From the human T2T-CHM13v2.0 reference genome, Homo sapiens, in NCBI RefSeq assembly GCF_009914755.1, contig NC_060936.1: 64,000 nt of DNA. The stretch is one strand, 5' to 3'. Position numbers and translations under genes: made by a program. Shown piece after piece: positions 12,985 to 36,583 of this stretch (positions within the stretch are counted from its first letter, which is position 1; each line of letters starts with the position of its first letter). The notes under the pieces were generated by a model. That model worked only from the letters and a program-made list of their open reading frames with translations. It had not been told where the DNA came from and ran no database searches.

Positions 12985-13282
12985 CAGTGTACCACTGGAC
13001 AGGTTTCACTTTCCCTGGTTTCACTTTCTGTGGTTTCAGTTACGCCCTGACACAGTACAACAGGATATTTTGAGAGTGGGAGAGACACCGCATTCATATA
13101 ACTTTTATCATAGTATATTGTTATAATTGTTCTATTTTATTGCTAACATCTTACTGTGCCTAATATGCAAATTATCATAGATATGTATGTTTAGGAAAAA
13201 ACATAGTATATGTACTATCTGCAGTTTCAGGCATCCACTGGGGGTCTTGGAATTATCCCTTGTGGATATGGAGGGACTACTG
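12985..13282 (+). mobile_element. MER44 (TcMar-Tigger) element
   Basis: ggtttcactttc..ggtttcagttac ... gcatccactgggggtcttggaa..ggactactg|ta. Confidence 0.8.
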
Positions 13283-13319
13283 TACCTGGTAATCAGAGAT
13301 TTAATGTAGAAAAATGTGG

Positions 13320-13955
<636 letters not shown>

Positions 13956-14168
13956 TGAAGGCTTTGTGGCTCTTCAGAGGGGAATATTATTTTCTGATTT
14001 CAGAATCATCGGGAACACTGTTGTAGCCCATGTAATTTCTGACTACTGATGTATCAGCAGCGGAACATTTCTGCTTCCCAATTGCTAGTGACTATAACAT
14101 TCCATCCTGACTGCTATTGGGGCAGCAACTGCCACACTCAGGTGAAGACCCACTGTGCAATGAAATTA

Positions 14169-14778
<610 letters not shown>

Positions 14779-14855
14779 TCAGGCCAAGGCACGGACATAG
14801 CTTCAGAGTGTTGGAAGTCAGTGACAGAGTCTTTTAATCACTACTGATTACAAAC

Positions 14856-15008
14856 TTTTTTTTTTTATTATTATAAGTTTTAGGGTACATGTGCACAATG
14901 TGCAGGTTAGTTACATATGTATACATGTGACATGCTGGTGCGCTGCACCCACTAACTCATCATCTAGCATTAGGTATATCTCCCAATGCTATCCCTCCCC
15001 CCTCCCCC
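14856..15008 (-). mobile_element. Young L1 (L1PA2/L1HS-like) 3' end, about 150 bp, 5'-truncated
   Basis: Poly(T) then agggtacatgtgcacaatgtgcaggttagttac...ctaactcatcatctagcattagg; imperfect TSD caaac(a)tttt followed by AA. Confidence 0.9.
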
Positions 15009-15504
15009 AAACATTTTAAGGGCATTTTTACAATTCCTTCATCAAGGGGAGCTGGGGATATTCTACGTCAGGTATTCTGGCGTGACTTTTTCTTTTGTGG
15101 AGCTTTGCTTTCTGAGACCTTCCCAAGTGGCCTGGAAGGCACTGTGTGGCTATAACTTTTTTCTAATGAGCATAGTATGTCTTTGGGTACAGCGTCTGGT
15201 CAGGGACACACTGTGGCCTTCCCTATGATTGTCCGCAGGGAAGAGACCGAAATGCAACCCATAAAAAAAGTCGTTCCATCAGGTTGAATTGACAGTGCAG
15301 GTTTGCACTGTACCTTTCCCATACTGTGGTTAAAATGGAAATCTCTTTTCAAGAAAAGTTTCATAGGAGAAAAAGTTTATCAGAAACACTCTGTTTAAGG
15401 AGGAGGGAGGATAAGGTTTACTGCCTGTAATATGCATGGAATATCCTGCTGTAGGGAAGCCATAGTGTTTATATATTTTTCATTTTAATGAGCCTGGTCC
15501 TTAT

Positions 15505-15772
15505 CTTCTTTTTTGTGCGCGTGAGACGGAATTTCTCTCTTGTTGCCCAGGCTGGAGTGCAATAGCGTGATCTCGGCTCACTGCAACCTTTCCGCCTTCT
15601 GGAAGAAATTAGCTAGGTATGGTGGCACATGCTACTTGGGAGGCTGAGGCAGGATAATCACTTGAACCCGGGAAGCGGAGGTTCCAGCAAGCCTAGATCA
15701 CACCATTGCCCTCCAGCCTGGGTGACAAGAGTGAAACTCTATCTCAAAATAAATAAATAAATAAAAATAAAA
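15505..15772. mobile_element. Fused inverted Alu right-arm fragments
   Basis: Antisense 3' end (about 15522-15600) directly abuts a sense right monomer (about 15606-15772). Confidence 0.85.
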
Positions 15773-17143
15773 AGTTATTAAATATTCAGAACTGCTAACC
15801 CTAGAGCATCCGACATTAAGTTAGCATAGTTCCTTCCTAGCATGTGTGTAAGCTGAGTTACTACCATAATCCAGTTTAGATACCCTGCTTGTTTAACAGA
15901 GACTTAGGCCTTTGAGGCAGTGGATTGTGGGGTAGTAGGTGGGTCAAGAGAGAGGTAGGTGGTCAAGTGTGGCAGACATGGCATTTCAAGGTGCTTGGGA
16001 ATGTGTGCTGTTGGCTCTGATGGGGCCTCTGCCCAGCAATGCTCTGGTTTCAAACCGTGTGCACTGTGGAGCAGGCCCTTCTTGCTGGTACCTGGGAGGG
16101 TGGACCATGTCCAGCTGCCACTATTCAGGAAGCTGCTGGTCTGTACAGCCTTTCCTTCCTGTAGTTTTTGCCCAGGACCTTTCCTTTTGTGTTAGATGTG
16201 CCATGTTATCTGGAATAATACTTGAATGATACTTGACATTTTGTTTTTTTGGTAAACATTAAAAAAAATCGTTTTGTTGCTTGTTCTGAAACTTGTAACT
16301 TTTTTGCTTCTCAGGAAGGTGATTTTTTAATGTTGCATTGTTCATGATACAAACTCAGAGAAGCAACACCATCTGGAAAAAAAGTCCTTTTTTGCATTTT
16401 AGTAAACAAGCTGCATTTATTTTTAAAAATTCTATTTATAGGAAGAATAAAAACATTGAGTAAGAGCGTGCTGTCCTCTGACTGGAATAAATGAAATTTA
16501 GTGAATAGACCTGGACATTTATTTTGGTTATTGAGAGCCCTTTTGCTCATTCTCCAATTATTTATTTTCACTAAAGCTACTGTGTAAATGACTTCATCAT
16601 TGAAGCTTACCTAGTAAGATAAGTGCTACTACCTATTTTTTTTTTCTACATACCTATAACAAAACCAGGGAAGAAAATTGAATGTAAAATTAACCACAGA
16701 TACAAAAATATACTTAAGCGGGGTTTCTAGTGATGGGAAAGATGGAAATATATTGATTGGCATTTCATTTCATATCAAGAACAGAATGTTGAGGGAGGAG
16801 ATAAAACAAAAAGTCAGTGATCAGATTAAAGTATATTCCTAGACAATATATAATATTGGGAAGGGTATTTAAACTTTCTGCTAAGTGACGAGCTACAGTT
16901 ATTAAGTTGCAGTGCCAGTTTCCCCAAGGAAAAATGGAGAAATCATATTTCTGAAGAGGTGGTCAGTTTCCATATTACTAGTGTATAAAAATTTTAGTTT
17001 GAATGAAAAGGAAACAATATCTCTACACGTGTTTTTTCCTGTTTATATAATTAGTATATAATCACGGCATTTATTTGTATGAAATCCAGAAATCAAGTAG
17101 ATTTCTTGATTTACCTTTTATGTATATTTTTTCTTCCATCTAG

Positions 17144-17199
17144 GTAGACGTTACATCCAAGAGGAAATAATCCAGGCAAGGAAGCACAAGCTGATCAAG
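17144..17199 (+). other. RIMKLB: 5'UTR part of RIMKLB exon 2
   Basis: Acceptor ttttttcttccatctag|GTAGAC; 56 nt upstream of the ATG (aagATGt). Confidence 0.8.
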
Positions 17200-17374
17200 A
17201 TGTGTAGTTCTGTGGCTGCCAAGTTGTGGTTTTTGACAGATCGTCGCATCAGGGAAGACTATCCTCAAAAAGAGATTTTACGAGCATTGAAGGCCAAATG
17301 TTGTGAGGAGGAACTGGACTTTAGGGCTGTGGTGATGGATGAGGTGGTGCTGACAATCGAGCAAGGAAACCTGG
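17200..17374 (+). CDS. RIMKLB: RIMKLB first coding exon (exon 2), aa 1-58, [23 protein letters not shown]...IEQGNL
   Basis: Translation matches the recalled RIMKLB N-terminus; donor CTGG|gtaagt, phase 1. Confidence 0.97.
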
Positions 17375-17614
17375 GTAAGTCTGTATACTAAGTGATCTTT
17401 TGGATTTTTACCTAGAATATGATGAATCTGCATGTTTTAGGAATAATTAGGACAGAGGAATTCTTAGCCTTGTCATTACTAAGTATCTTCTAATTATAAG
17501 GTCTAATATATTTTATGAAAGTAATATAAACACTAATATTTATTAACTTTATTAGGAAACAGTTGTGAGGGAAATTAAAGGTGACCTTCAAAACAGATAA
17601 ACAATAAAACAAAG

Positions 17615-17722
17615 TAGGCGCATATCTGTAGTTCCAGAGGCTAAGGTGGGAGGATCACTTGAACCCACAAGTTCGAGTCCAGCCTGGGCAACATTGTAAG
17701 ACACAGTTTCTTAAAAATAAAA
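17615..17722 (+). mobile_element. Monomeric Alu (FLAM-like)
   Basis: gaggctaaggtgggaggatcacttgaaccc..ccagcctgggcaacat. Confidence 0.7.
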
Positions 17723-18561
17723 GTAAAGATGATTCTCAAGTTCCTTTCATTTTTACTGTCTTCTATTTTTAAAATACCTTGTTTATAAGGTGCTGCTAAG
17801 GAAATTTGTATCTTTGGAGGTTCTTTGATTAGTACTTGATTAATAAATTAGATCCATGTGATTCCTTTTTATAAAACACTATACATGTAATATAAACTAA
17901 TACGGTTTTATAGGTGAAAGTGTCTTAATGATTTAACTCAATTGGTGATAAATTTTTCTAGTATTTTTAATATTTCATATTTGTTTTGGGATTGTAGGGG
18001 AAGATATCCTAGAAAAGTATAGAAATTCTTTAGTATTAATTTTCAGAAAACTAAATTTTTGCTTTTGAAAGTTTTATGGCTTACTATAGCTAAATTGGTA
18101 GTTTCTGTCAGGGAGCATTATATGGTGTCATATAAATGGACTTTTTGACTGGCTTTCAGAAAATACTTCATAATTTAATGATAGTATAAATACATTTTAG
18201 ATCACTTTCTTCCTTTGTGACTAGAATTATACTAAGCCCCATGATTTAATTTCCTCATCAATGAAATGGAGAAAGACAGTTTTTGTGAGAATTAAGGCTA
18301 TGCAAAGTACAATAAAATCTTACCTTTATCTGCCATGGTAGGATAATTTCATTCACAGGCTAACAGATCCAGAATCTTGTCTAAATTAAAAATGTTACCA
18401 TAGGTTGAGTATCACACTAAGTATAATCTCTTAGCAAGCATCACTTTTATTTTCAATCCTCTTGTAACATTTATTTATTTCATCCACAGTACTTTTGATC
18501 AGTTATTGTTGCCAGAAATGTTTCTTTGTTGTTTTGCTTAAATGGATAAGTGCTCTTGTTC

Positions 18562-18855
18562 TTTTTTTTTTTTTTTTTTGGAGACAGGGTCTTTGTCACC
18601 AGGCTGGAGTGCAGTGGCACTATCTCAGCTCACTGCAACCTCTGCCTCCCAGGTTCAAGTAAATTCTTGTGCCTCAGCCTCCTGAGTAGCTGGGATTGCA
18701 GATGTGCACCACCACGCCCGACTAATTTTTGTATTTTTAGTAGAGACGGGTTTCACCATGTTGGCCAGGCTGGTCTCCAACTCTGAACTCAAGTGATCCA
18801 CCCACCTCGGCTTCCAAAAGTGCTGAGATTACAGGCATGAGGCACCATGCCCACC
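18562..18855 (-). mobile_element. AluS
   Basis: Full antisense dimer; TSD about ctcttgttc. Confidence 0.9.
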
Positions 18856-19889
18856 TACTCTTGTTCTCTTGAATGTAGTTACTGCCTTTATCAGGATGAT
18901 GCTCACTATTTTATTTTCAGTGTAATTCTCTTTTCAGTATATACTGCCTGGGTCCAATACCTAGTTATTTAGATTCAGGAAATCTGGGATAAGAGTCTAC
19001 TTCATTTTTTCATTAAGTATTATTTGAGCATTTACTATGTGCTGGATAGTGGTATGGTATACGAAATAAAATAAAGTCCTCATATATTCTAAAGGATGAG
19101 GTCAACATTAGTCAATCACACAAATAAATGTAAAGTTATAACTGGTAAGTTATGAATGAAAAATGTGAATGTCACTTTGAACCCCTCTCACATTTGTGAC
19201 GAAGATCCTTGATCAAATCAAGGTAAATCTCTAAAACTCAATATTTGTGACATGCTTGTTCAACTTACACAGCTTTTTCAGTGTAAGTGTGTATGTACAG
19301 TTATTATTGAAATTGGAGTCAGAAACTCAGACACTTAGTGTATTGGGAGCCATGTTCTTGAAGTCTGCATGAGAAGAGACATGCCAGTGTAAAACGTTAG
19401 TTCACTCAACACTACTCCTACAAGGCTTCTGGTGGTTGGAAAACCAAAGGTTACAGCCATAGTTCCTTATGAAATCTAGTGGCTACTAAGTAATAACACA
19501 AAATTTGGGAGGTAGAAATGGGCATCTCTATTTTTTAAAAGTGTGTAGGTTGAAAAGGATCTAGGGTTGAAAACCATTGCTCTTGATATTTTTCCCAGTT
19601 ACCTAGTGAACATTTTCACTTTATTCTCAAGTGGCATTTCTGTGCCATTCTATCACAGTGGAACTTGCTTTTTTCCATCAAAGCTGTCTTGTTATTTCAG
19701 CTTCTCTGTCTCTGTTTGTAATATCACCTTTCTCCCATTAACCTAGCCTTACCATTAACATGTCTTTTTTTTTTTTTTTTTTTTTTAATTCACAAGAGCC
19801 AGTATGCTACAAAATTTTTGTTGCTTTTTCCTTCTAAGCCATAACTGTTCTATCTTCTCACTATCCTGGCTCAGGCTATCATGGCTTCA

Positions 19890-19998
19890 TTTTTTTTTTT
19901 TTTTTTTAGACTAAGAGTGAAGTTTTAATTAATAGTAAAAGAAAGAGAAAGGAGATCAGCTCTCCTGTGAGAGAGAGGGGCACCTGAGTGGGGCTTCC
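19890..19998 (-). mobile_element. Short polyadenylated retrocopy, LTR-R-like, with TSD
   Basis: T18 tail, ATTAAA on the minus strand about 16 nt from the tail, direct repeat catggcttca at 19880 and 19999. Confidence 0.7.
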
Positions 19999-21695
19999 CA
20001 TGGCTTCAAATTTTAATGACTTTAGTTAGCCCTCTAGCTTTTTCTTTCTTTTCCTTCTTTTTTTTTTTTTTTTTTTTTTTTACTTTGAGACGGGGTCTCG
20101 CTCTGTCACCTTGGCTGGAGTACAGTGGTGCGATCTTAGCTCACTGCAGCCTCAACTTCCCAGGCTCAAGCGATCTTCCCACCTCAGTAGCTCTTTCTTT
20201 TTCAAAATTGTGTTTTCCTCTCTAGCATTTTCACATCTTCATTAAACACAACTTTTATCATCTTAATATTGTTTTAAAAATCTTCAGAAGCTTACTTTTC
20301 CCCTGTAGTGTTAAATCTAATTTAAAAATTTTTCAGACTTTTTGTTGATGTGTCTCCTATATATTCAGGCATTTCTAGGAGGGTTTTTCTTTTTTTTTTT
20401 TCTTTTTTTTTTTACATTTTTTATGTATTATTTAACTCTCATATCTTATAAGGGAGGTGATATTACCATTATGCAGATGAGGAAACAGCCTCTTTCACAG
20501 AATTAAGTGGAGAAACTTAAACAAATTGGGATAAGGGAAATGTTCTAAAATTGTGGCTATTTTGCATAATACAGTGAAAATACTAAAAACCACAGTTCTG
20601 TACTTTAAATGGATGAATTTTACAATATGTGAATTATATCTCAAAGCCGTTTAAAAAATGTTACACGTCATTTACACATTATCTGTGCAATGTTTTCACA
20701 GTCAGGTTAAAGAGAGGGTATAGTTGTAAATGAGTAGAAGGCATAGAAGTTCTTTTCCTTTTCCTTTTTTTTTTCCCTCATTGCCTCTCCCTTTGTGTCA
20801 GTGTATGTAAAACTGCTCTCTTGAACTTCTCTTACAAATCTGTTCTAGCTCCAATATTAGTCTTTTCTATTAATGGTGTCCTATTCCTAGCCTAAGCTTG
20901 AAGAAATCATGGAGTCAACTTTCTTCTTCATTCTCCCTTACTTCCAGATATAATGTAAAAGGCTTGTCTGTTTTGTTCATAGTATATCTGACATAATGTC
21001 TGTTCTTACTACTGCTAATGAAATCAAAGTTGCCTGAACTATTACAGTAACCTCTAAATTTGTTTCCACTTTAAACTCATCTTCTAACGTACTGTAGTCA
21101 AATTAATCTCTCGGAATTATGGCTCTAGTTATATTTGCCTTTCCCAAATCCCCTTTATGTTTTTATTGCCTAATCCTCCAAGTTTTTTTTGTTGTTGTTG
21201 AGTATCTTCATCGGTTAAAAACTTTTGAAACATTCACCCCAATATACGCCTATTTTAAAATAACGAATAATGTACTGTGCTGTTGCCTGTTGTAGCACTG
21301 TCCTTGGGCTAGCAGAATTGTATTTTCCTTGTTCATCTCTTTTACTGACAGTGTGGCCTTGGATTTTCAGCCTCTGTGCCTCAAATTAAAACCATCTCCC
21401 GGTAGCAAGTGTGCTGATTTTTCACAACTATCCCACTGTAGTCAAACTACTGTGCCAGCTATTCCATTTCCTCTATGGAAATGGAATCAGATCTAGGTAA
21501 AAAAGACCATAGATTTCCATTGTTGATACCCAGTGTTCTAGCAGGTTTTTGTTGTTGTTGTTTTAAATGTGTCTTAATTTGTCTGTCTTTGATTAATTAC
21601 CAGAGCTCTGAAATAGAATTGACAAAAATATTTCCAGTTTTATGCTTGTTCTTTGGGGTGAAGGTTTGTCGACCTCTTTTTAAAAATATAACTGC

Positions 21696-22660
<965 letters not shown>

Positions 22661-22680
22661 CTGGGATTATAAATTAAGCT

Positions 22681-24165
<1,485 letters not shown>

Positions 24166-24444
24166 TACCCGTTTTAAATAAGAGATTAAGAAGCTTGCCT
24201 ATGGCCTTGTAGCTAGACACAAAGTGAGACCCCTTTGAATATTATGTTATGCTGCCTCAGAGTCTACTGGGACAGATTTAATACCCTGGAACCAGGTAAT
24301 TTTTAAAAGACTATTTAAAAACAAAAATGTTAACCAGTGACTCTTCCAGAAGTGCTAGGATATGGTTTAAAAAGGAGACTGTTAATAGGTAATGTCTGCC
24401 TTTTGAGAGTTTAATTGTAATGTGTTTTGATGAAGATCTCTTTA

Positions 24445-26941
<2,497 letters not shown>

Positions 26942-26943
26942 TA

Positions 26944-30470
<3,527 letters not shown>

Positions 30471-30536
30471 TGTGTGTGCCTGCACGTGCACACAGACACA
30501 CACACACACAGAGTGATTATACACGCAATCAAATAA

Positions 30537-30746
<210 letters not shown>

Positions 30747-30869
30747 TAGTAGAGATAGGGTTTCACTATATGTTGATCAGGCTGATCTTGAACTCAACCT
30801 CAGGTAATCCACCCGCCTCGGCCTCCCAGAGTGCTGGGATTACAGGCATGAGCCACTGCACTCAGCCAA

Positions 30870-31425
30870 AGTAGGCACTTTGTATCCATGGGTTTTGCAT
30901 CTGAATTTCACATTCACAGATTCAACCAAATGCAGATCAAACATCTAGTGTTTTTGGCCGGACCTTGTTGGCTCATGCCAGCACTTCGGCAGGCTGAGGC
31001 GGGCGGATCAGTTGAGGTCAGGAGTTCAAGACCAGCCTGGCCAACATGGTGAAACCCTGTCTCTACTAAAAATATAAAAATTAGCCAGGCATAGTGGCGG
31101 GCACCTGTAATCCCAGCTACTCAGGAGACTGAGGCAGGAGAGAACTGCTTGAACCCCAGGGGTGGAGGTTGCAGTGAGCCAAGACCGTGCCACTGCATTC
31201 CAGTCTGGGCAACGGAGTGAGACATTGTCTCAAAAAAAAAAAAAAAATCTAGTATTTTTGAACACATGATGAAATATATTTGTCTATCTATACATGCATA
31301 CATTCGTGGAATGCAAAACCCACAGTTAGGGCCAACTTTTGGTATCCATAGGTTCTGCATTGCCAGCTAGGGGAACTTGAACTTGTTGTATGCATTTTGG
31401 TATCTGTGGGGGATCCTGGAACTAG
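30870..31425. mobile_element. TcMar-Tigger fragment interrupted by a sense Alu (30956-31247)
   Basis: tatccatgggttttgcatc...gattcaacca and ttttggtatctgtgggggatcctggaac resemble Tigger ends. Confidence 0.55.
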
Positions 31426-31946
31426 TTCTTTCTTACAATTCCCATATCTCTCCTTACATTATCCATCAGTTTTTGCTTGTTGTCTACTATTTTTGTGGAA
31501 GTCTTTAGCCTATAAATCACAGTCTTTTAAAATCCTACCACTCCTGCTACATCTGTCTCTGGTTAGTTTAGTTTTTGACTCTGGTTTAGTTTCTTCAGAC
31601 TGTGTTTTTGCCTTTTCAGATAACTTGTATTTTTTGGTTGAAAGGTGGGAATTGTGTAAAAGGAACTGGAGTAAATAGGCCTTTAGTGGTATAGTGGTAA
31701 GGTGTGTGGGGAGGTAAAGCATCCTATGATTAGGTCTCTGCCTTTTGATGAGCCTTTGCTACTGGACTACAAACATAACTAGTGTATCCCAATTATTTTT
31801 ATTTCCCTTTAGGTGGAACATAATGTCCAGAGGGGGCTGGAGTTTTGTATTTTTCTCCCCCTAGGTAGGTTAGATTTTAGTAAAATCCCAGCAAGTTGGT
31901 AGCTTAGTCTTCTAAGCTTACCAGAAACTGGAAGTCCTACTTAGGC

Positions 31947-33099
31947 TTTTTTTATTTTTTGAGACAAGAGTTTCACTCTGTTTCCCAGGTTAGAGTGCAG
32001 TGGCATGATGTTGGCTCACTGCAACCTCCACATCCCAGGCTCAAGCAGTTTCCCACCTCAGGCTCCCTAGTAGTCTGCCACCATGCTCTGCTAATTGTGT
32101 GTGTGTGTGTGTGTGTGTGTGTTTTTGTTTGTTTGTTTGTTTGTTTGTTTTTTAAGAGATGGAGTTTGCCATTTTGCCCAGGCTGGTCTTGAACTTTTAG
32201 GCTCAAATGTTCCACCTGCCTCTGAAGCAGAGTATCTCCCTGACCGCTTTGTGGGATGGGAACTGGAGTGCATGGGCTCCAGCAGGGGTGAACTCCACTC
32301 ACTTACTGCTCCACCCCTCATGGGAGGGGGAGCACAGGTAAGCGGGTGCAGGAGCTGGGGGCAAGTGCTTTTGGGTGCTGGCAAGAGCAAACTTCATACT
32401 GGCGCCGCCACAGTGTGTAGGGGAGGGTACCCACAACCCTCTAAAGCCCCAAAGGAAGTGTTACAGTGCCCTTTTAGCTTTGCCATCCACAGACGGCTTA
32501 AGTGTTAACAGCTCAATGGAGGGTCAGTGTGACAGCATTTTGCACCCACACTCTTGGCACCCAAGTTCTTGTCCAGTGTTGAGGAGGAATCAGGTCGCAT
32601 AAGTGAATTGAGGGTGGTAAATGTGGGGTATTTTGCTGCAGATGAAAGTGGCTCTCGGTGGGAAGCGGAGCTGAAAAGGGGATGGAGCGGGAAGGTAATC
32701 TTCCCCTGGTGTCCAGCCAGAGGTGGCTGGACTCTTCTCTGAAGCTGCGCTCTCGAGCTGTCCCTCTGAAGTCAGGCTGCTTCTCTCTGATATCTAACCA
32801 TAGTCTCCGACGTCCAGCTGCTTCTCCTGTCTGTGCTGGCTGAGCCTGGGGTTTTTGTGGGCACAAGATGGAGAGTGGGGAGGGGCAGGCCATGGGTGGT
32901 TTTGGAAAAGGCAGCATTCGAGCAGGAAAACAGGGATGTAAATTCTTACTTTGGGCCATGGTACCAGGCTTTTTGGCTTGAGGGTTGGGCCCTCACCAGG
33001 GATCTGCCCTCTTTTGTCCAGAATTTCCCTGCCTCCTGTCCCTATGACCTCAGCCTCCCAAAGTACTAGAATTACAGGCATGAGCCACCATACCTGACC
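31947..33099 (-). mobile_element. Old Alu (AluJ-like) hosting the LTR, with (TG)n and (GTTT)n in its linker
   Basis: Alu homology at 31947-32222 and 33048-33099. Confidence 0.8.
32223..33047 (-). mobile_element. ERV1-class solo LTR (LTR1/LTR27/LTR28/MER52 group) inside an Alu
   Basis: 825 bp with a 4-bp TSD cctc (32219-32222, 33048-33051); minus strand begins tcatagggacaggaggcagggaaattctgg; Alu sequence resumes on both sides. Confidence 0.8.
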
Positions 33100-33439
33100 T
33101 AATAGTCCATTTTATGTGTTTGCTGCATTTTGTTTATCCATTTTGCATTCCCATCAAGAGTGTACAAGGGTTTCAACTTTCCACATCTTTGTCAACTTCT
33201 GTTTTATAATAGCCATCCTAATGGGTTATCCCATTGTGGTTTTGATTTGTGTTTCCCTAATGATTAGTGATTTTTAGCATCTTTTCATGGACCTATTGGC
33301 TATTTGTATATCTTTGGAGAAATATGTGTATTCAAGTCCTTGGGATAATACTGACACAAGAGTTTAAGAAATTGTCAAGCCTTTTCTGAGCATGTGTTTT
33401 GACTGGCCTTGGCTGCTTTTGTTCTTTGTGTGTGTGTTA

Positions 33440-34858
<1,419 letters not shown>

Positions 34859-36079
34859 TGACATCCTTTAGTGGTTCTTTAAGCTCTGGTCAGCAATTGG
34901 TAAACAATCTTTGCTGTGTGCCTGGAAATGTCTTTATTTGCTTTATTCTTCAATGATAGTTTCGTTGGGTTTTAAATTGTGGAGAGTCAGTTACTTTGTA
35001 CTCCAGTGTTTTGAAGATGTTGTTTTTATTTTGGCATCTTATATATGTAGAATAGTCTCCTGTCATTTGTAGTTAATCTGATATTCCTCTTGGATACCTG
35101 CGGATTTTTTTTTAACTTTTTTAGCTTTTACAATATCTCAAGCGAGGATATATATTTTATCCTTTTGAGGATCTTGAGCATACTTATTTTAAAGTCATTT
35201 CAGATTGCTTTATCATGTTTGTTTCATCAGGATAGAATTCATCTCTTGATTACTAAGTTTATTGCCTGTTTTTCTTACTTTTTTCATGTGCCTTAACATT
35301 TTACTTTGCAGGCTTATTTTAGAGTATGAAGTACTCTCCTTCCTCTTCCCCTGCCCAAGTTTGTTTCTTGCTGAATAGTAACTTTGGTTGCTTCTGCTTG
35401 GTGTCTTGGGTCCCTTGGCCTAGAACTAGAACTAGAACTTTTATTGTGGACTGGAGCTTGAGACCCTGTTGGTATTGGAGATTTTTGTAGATTTAATGAC
35501 CAAATCAACACATAAATGGGCACAGGTCTGTATAATGTGAGGCTGTTTTCTCTTGCCACTCTAGCCTTTAGCTTTTACTTAGCAGGTGATTCCTACTTGC
35601 CCTTTGTTTCTGCCATTGATCAAGACTTTAGTTGCTTATCTCATTTGGAGCACTTTTGATCCTAAGGAATCAAATTACTGGACTCTTCTGCCCTTTGTAA
35701 TATATGGAGCCCAACACATTTAGGTCCATTAATTGAAGTCACAGTCACGCTTTCCTATTCCATTTCTGTTTATGGAGATAGTAATCTTGTGTTTTAACAT
35801 GGCTGAGTATTTAAAAAATTAAAAACTGTATATTTACTGCATTGTGTATTTTTGGGGTGGTGTTACCTCTTCTTTAATAAGGAAGAAGGAAAAATGGTTC
35901 AGAATCTTAGCATTCAGATAATCTGACATTTTAACATTAATAACTATTGTATGCGTATCCTAAGAGTCAAAAAGTACTAATGGCATAATTAAAATGCAGA
36001 CACTTTGTGAAGATAATGCCCATCACCTGCCTTCTTGAATATTCTTCCGGGGGAAAGCGTTATGCATGCAACAGAAAAT

Positions 36080-36116
<37 letters not shown>

Positions 36117-36444
36117 TCTCTTTAATTTTTTTACGCAAAAGAATCATACACATTGCTCTGAATATTATTTTTCCCTGACTTAATATTTTAGAGGTTTTTA
36201 TATGTCAGCCCAGCCAAAATTCTTTATTCTTCCATTTTTAGTTGAGGTATAATTCATACAATATACCGCATAGGTCTTCTTATTGGTGGACGTTTGTGTT
36301 GTTTCCAGTTTGCAACTTTGAATAAGTCAGCTATAAACAAATCTTTTTGATGACGTTTATTGTTGTTTTTCTTGGGAATGTACCCAATATTTAGTATGGC
36401 TGTATACTATTCAGTTGTATAGAATTGTGATTTAGAAATACCCG

Positions 36445-36583
36445 TAGACATTTTGTTTGAAACAACTGGGCAGGAGGTTGCTCTTGGCAGCTAATGGATA
36501 GAGGCTAAGGATGCTGCTAAATATCTCGTAAGGCATAGTACAGCCCCCAACAACAAAGAATTATTCTGTTCAGAAATATCAGT
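36445..36583 (+). mobile_element. MER20 (hAT-Charlie) fragment
   Basis: gatagaggctaaggatgctgctaaa...cagcccccaacaacaaagaattatt. Confidence 0.75.

Noticed and set aside
19263-19288. Hairpin acttacac-N10-gtgtaagt as a small RNA
   Set aside because: An 8-bp stem is expected by chance; no snoRNA or miRNA hallmarks.
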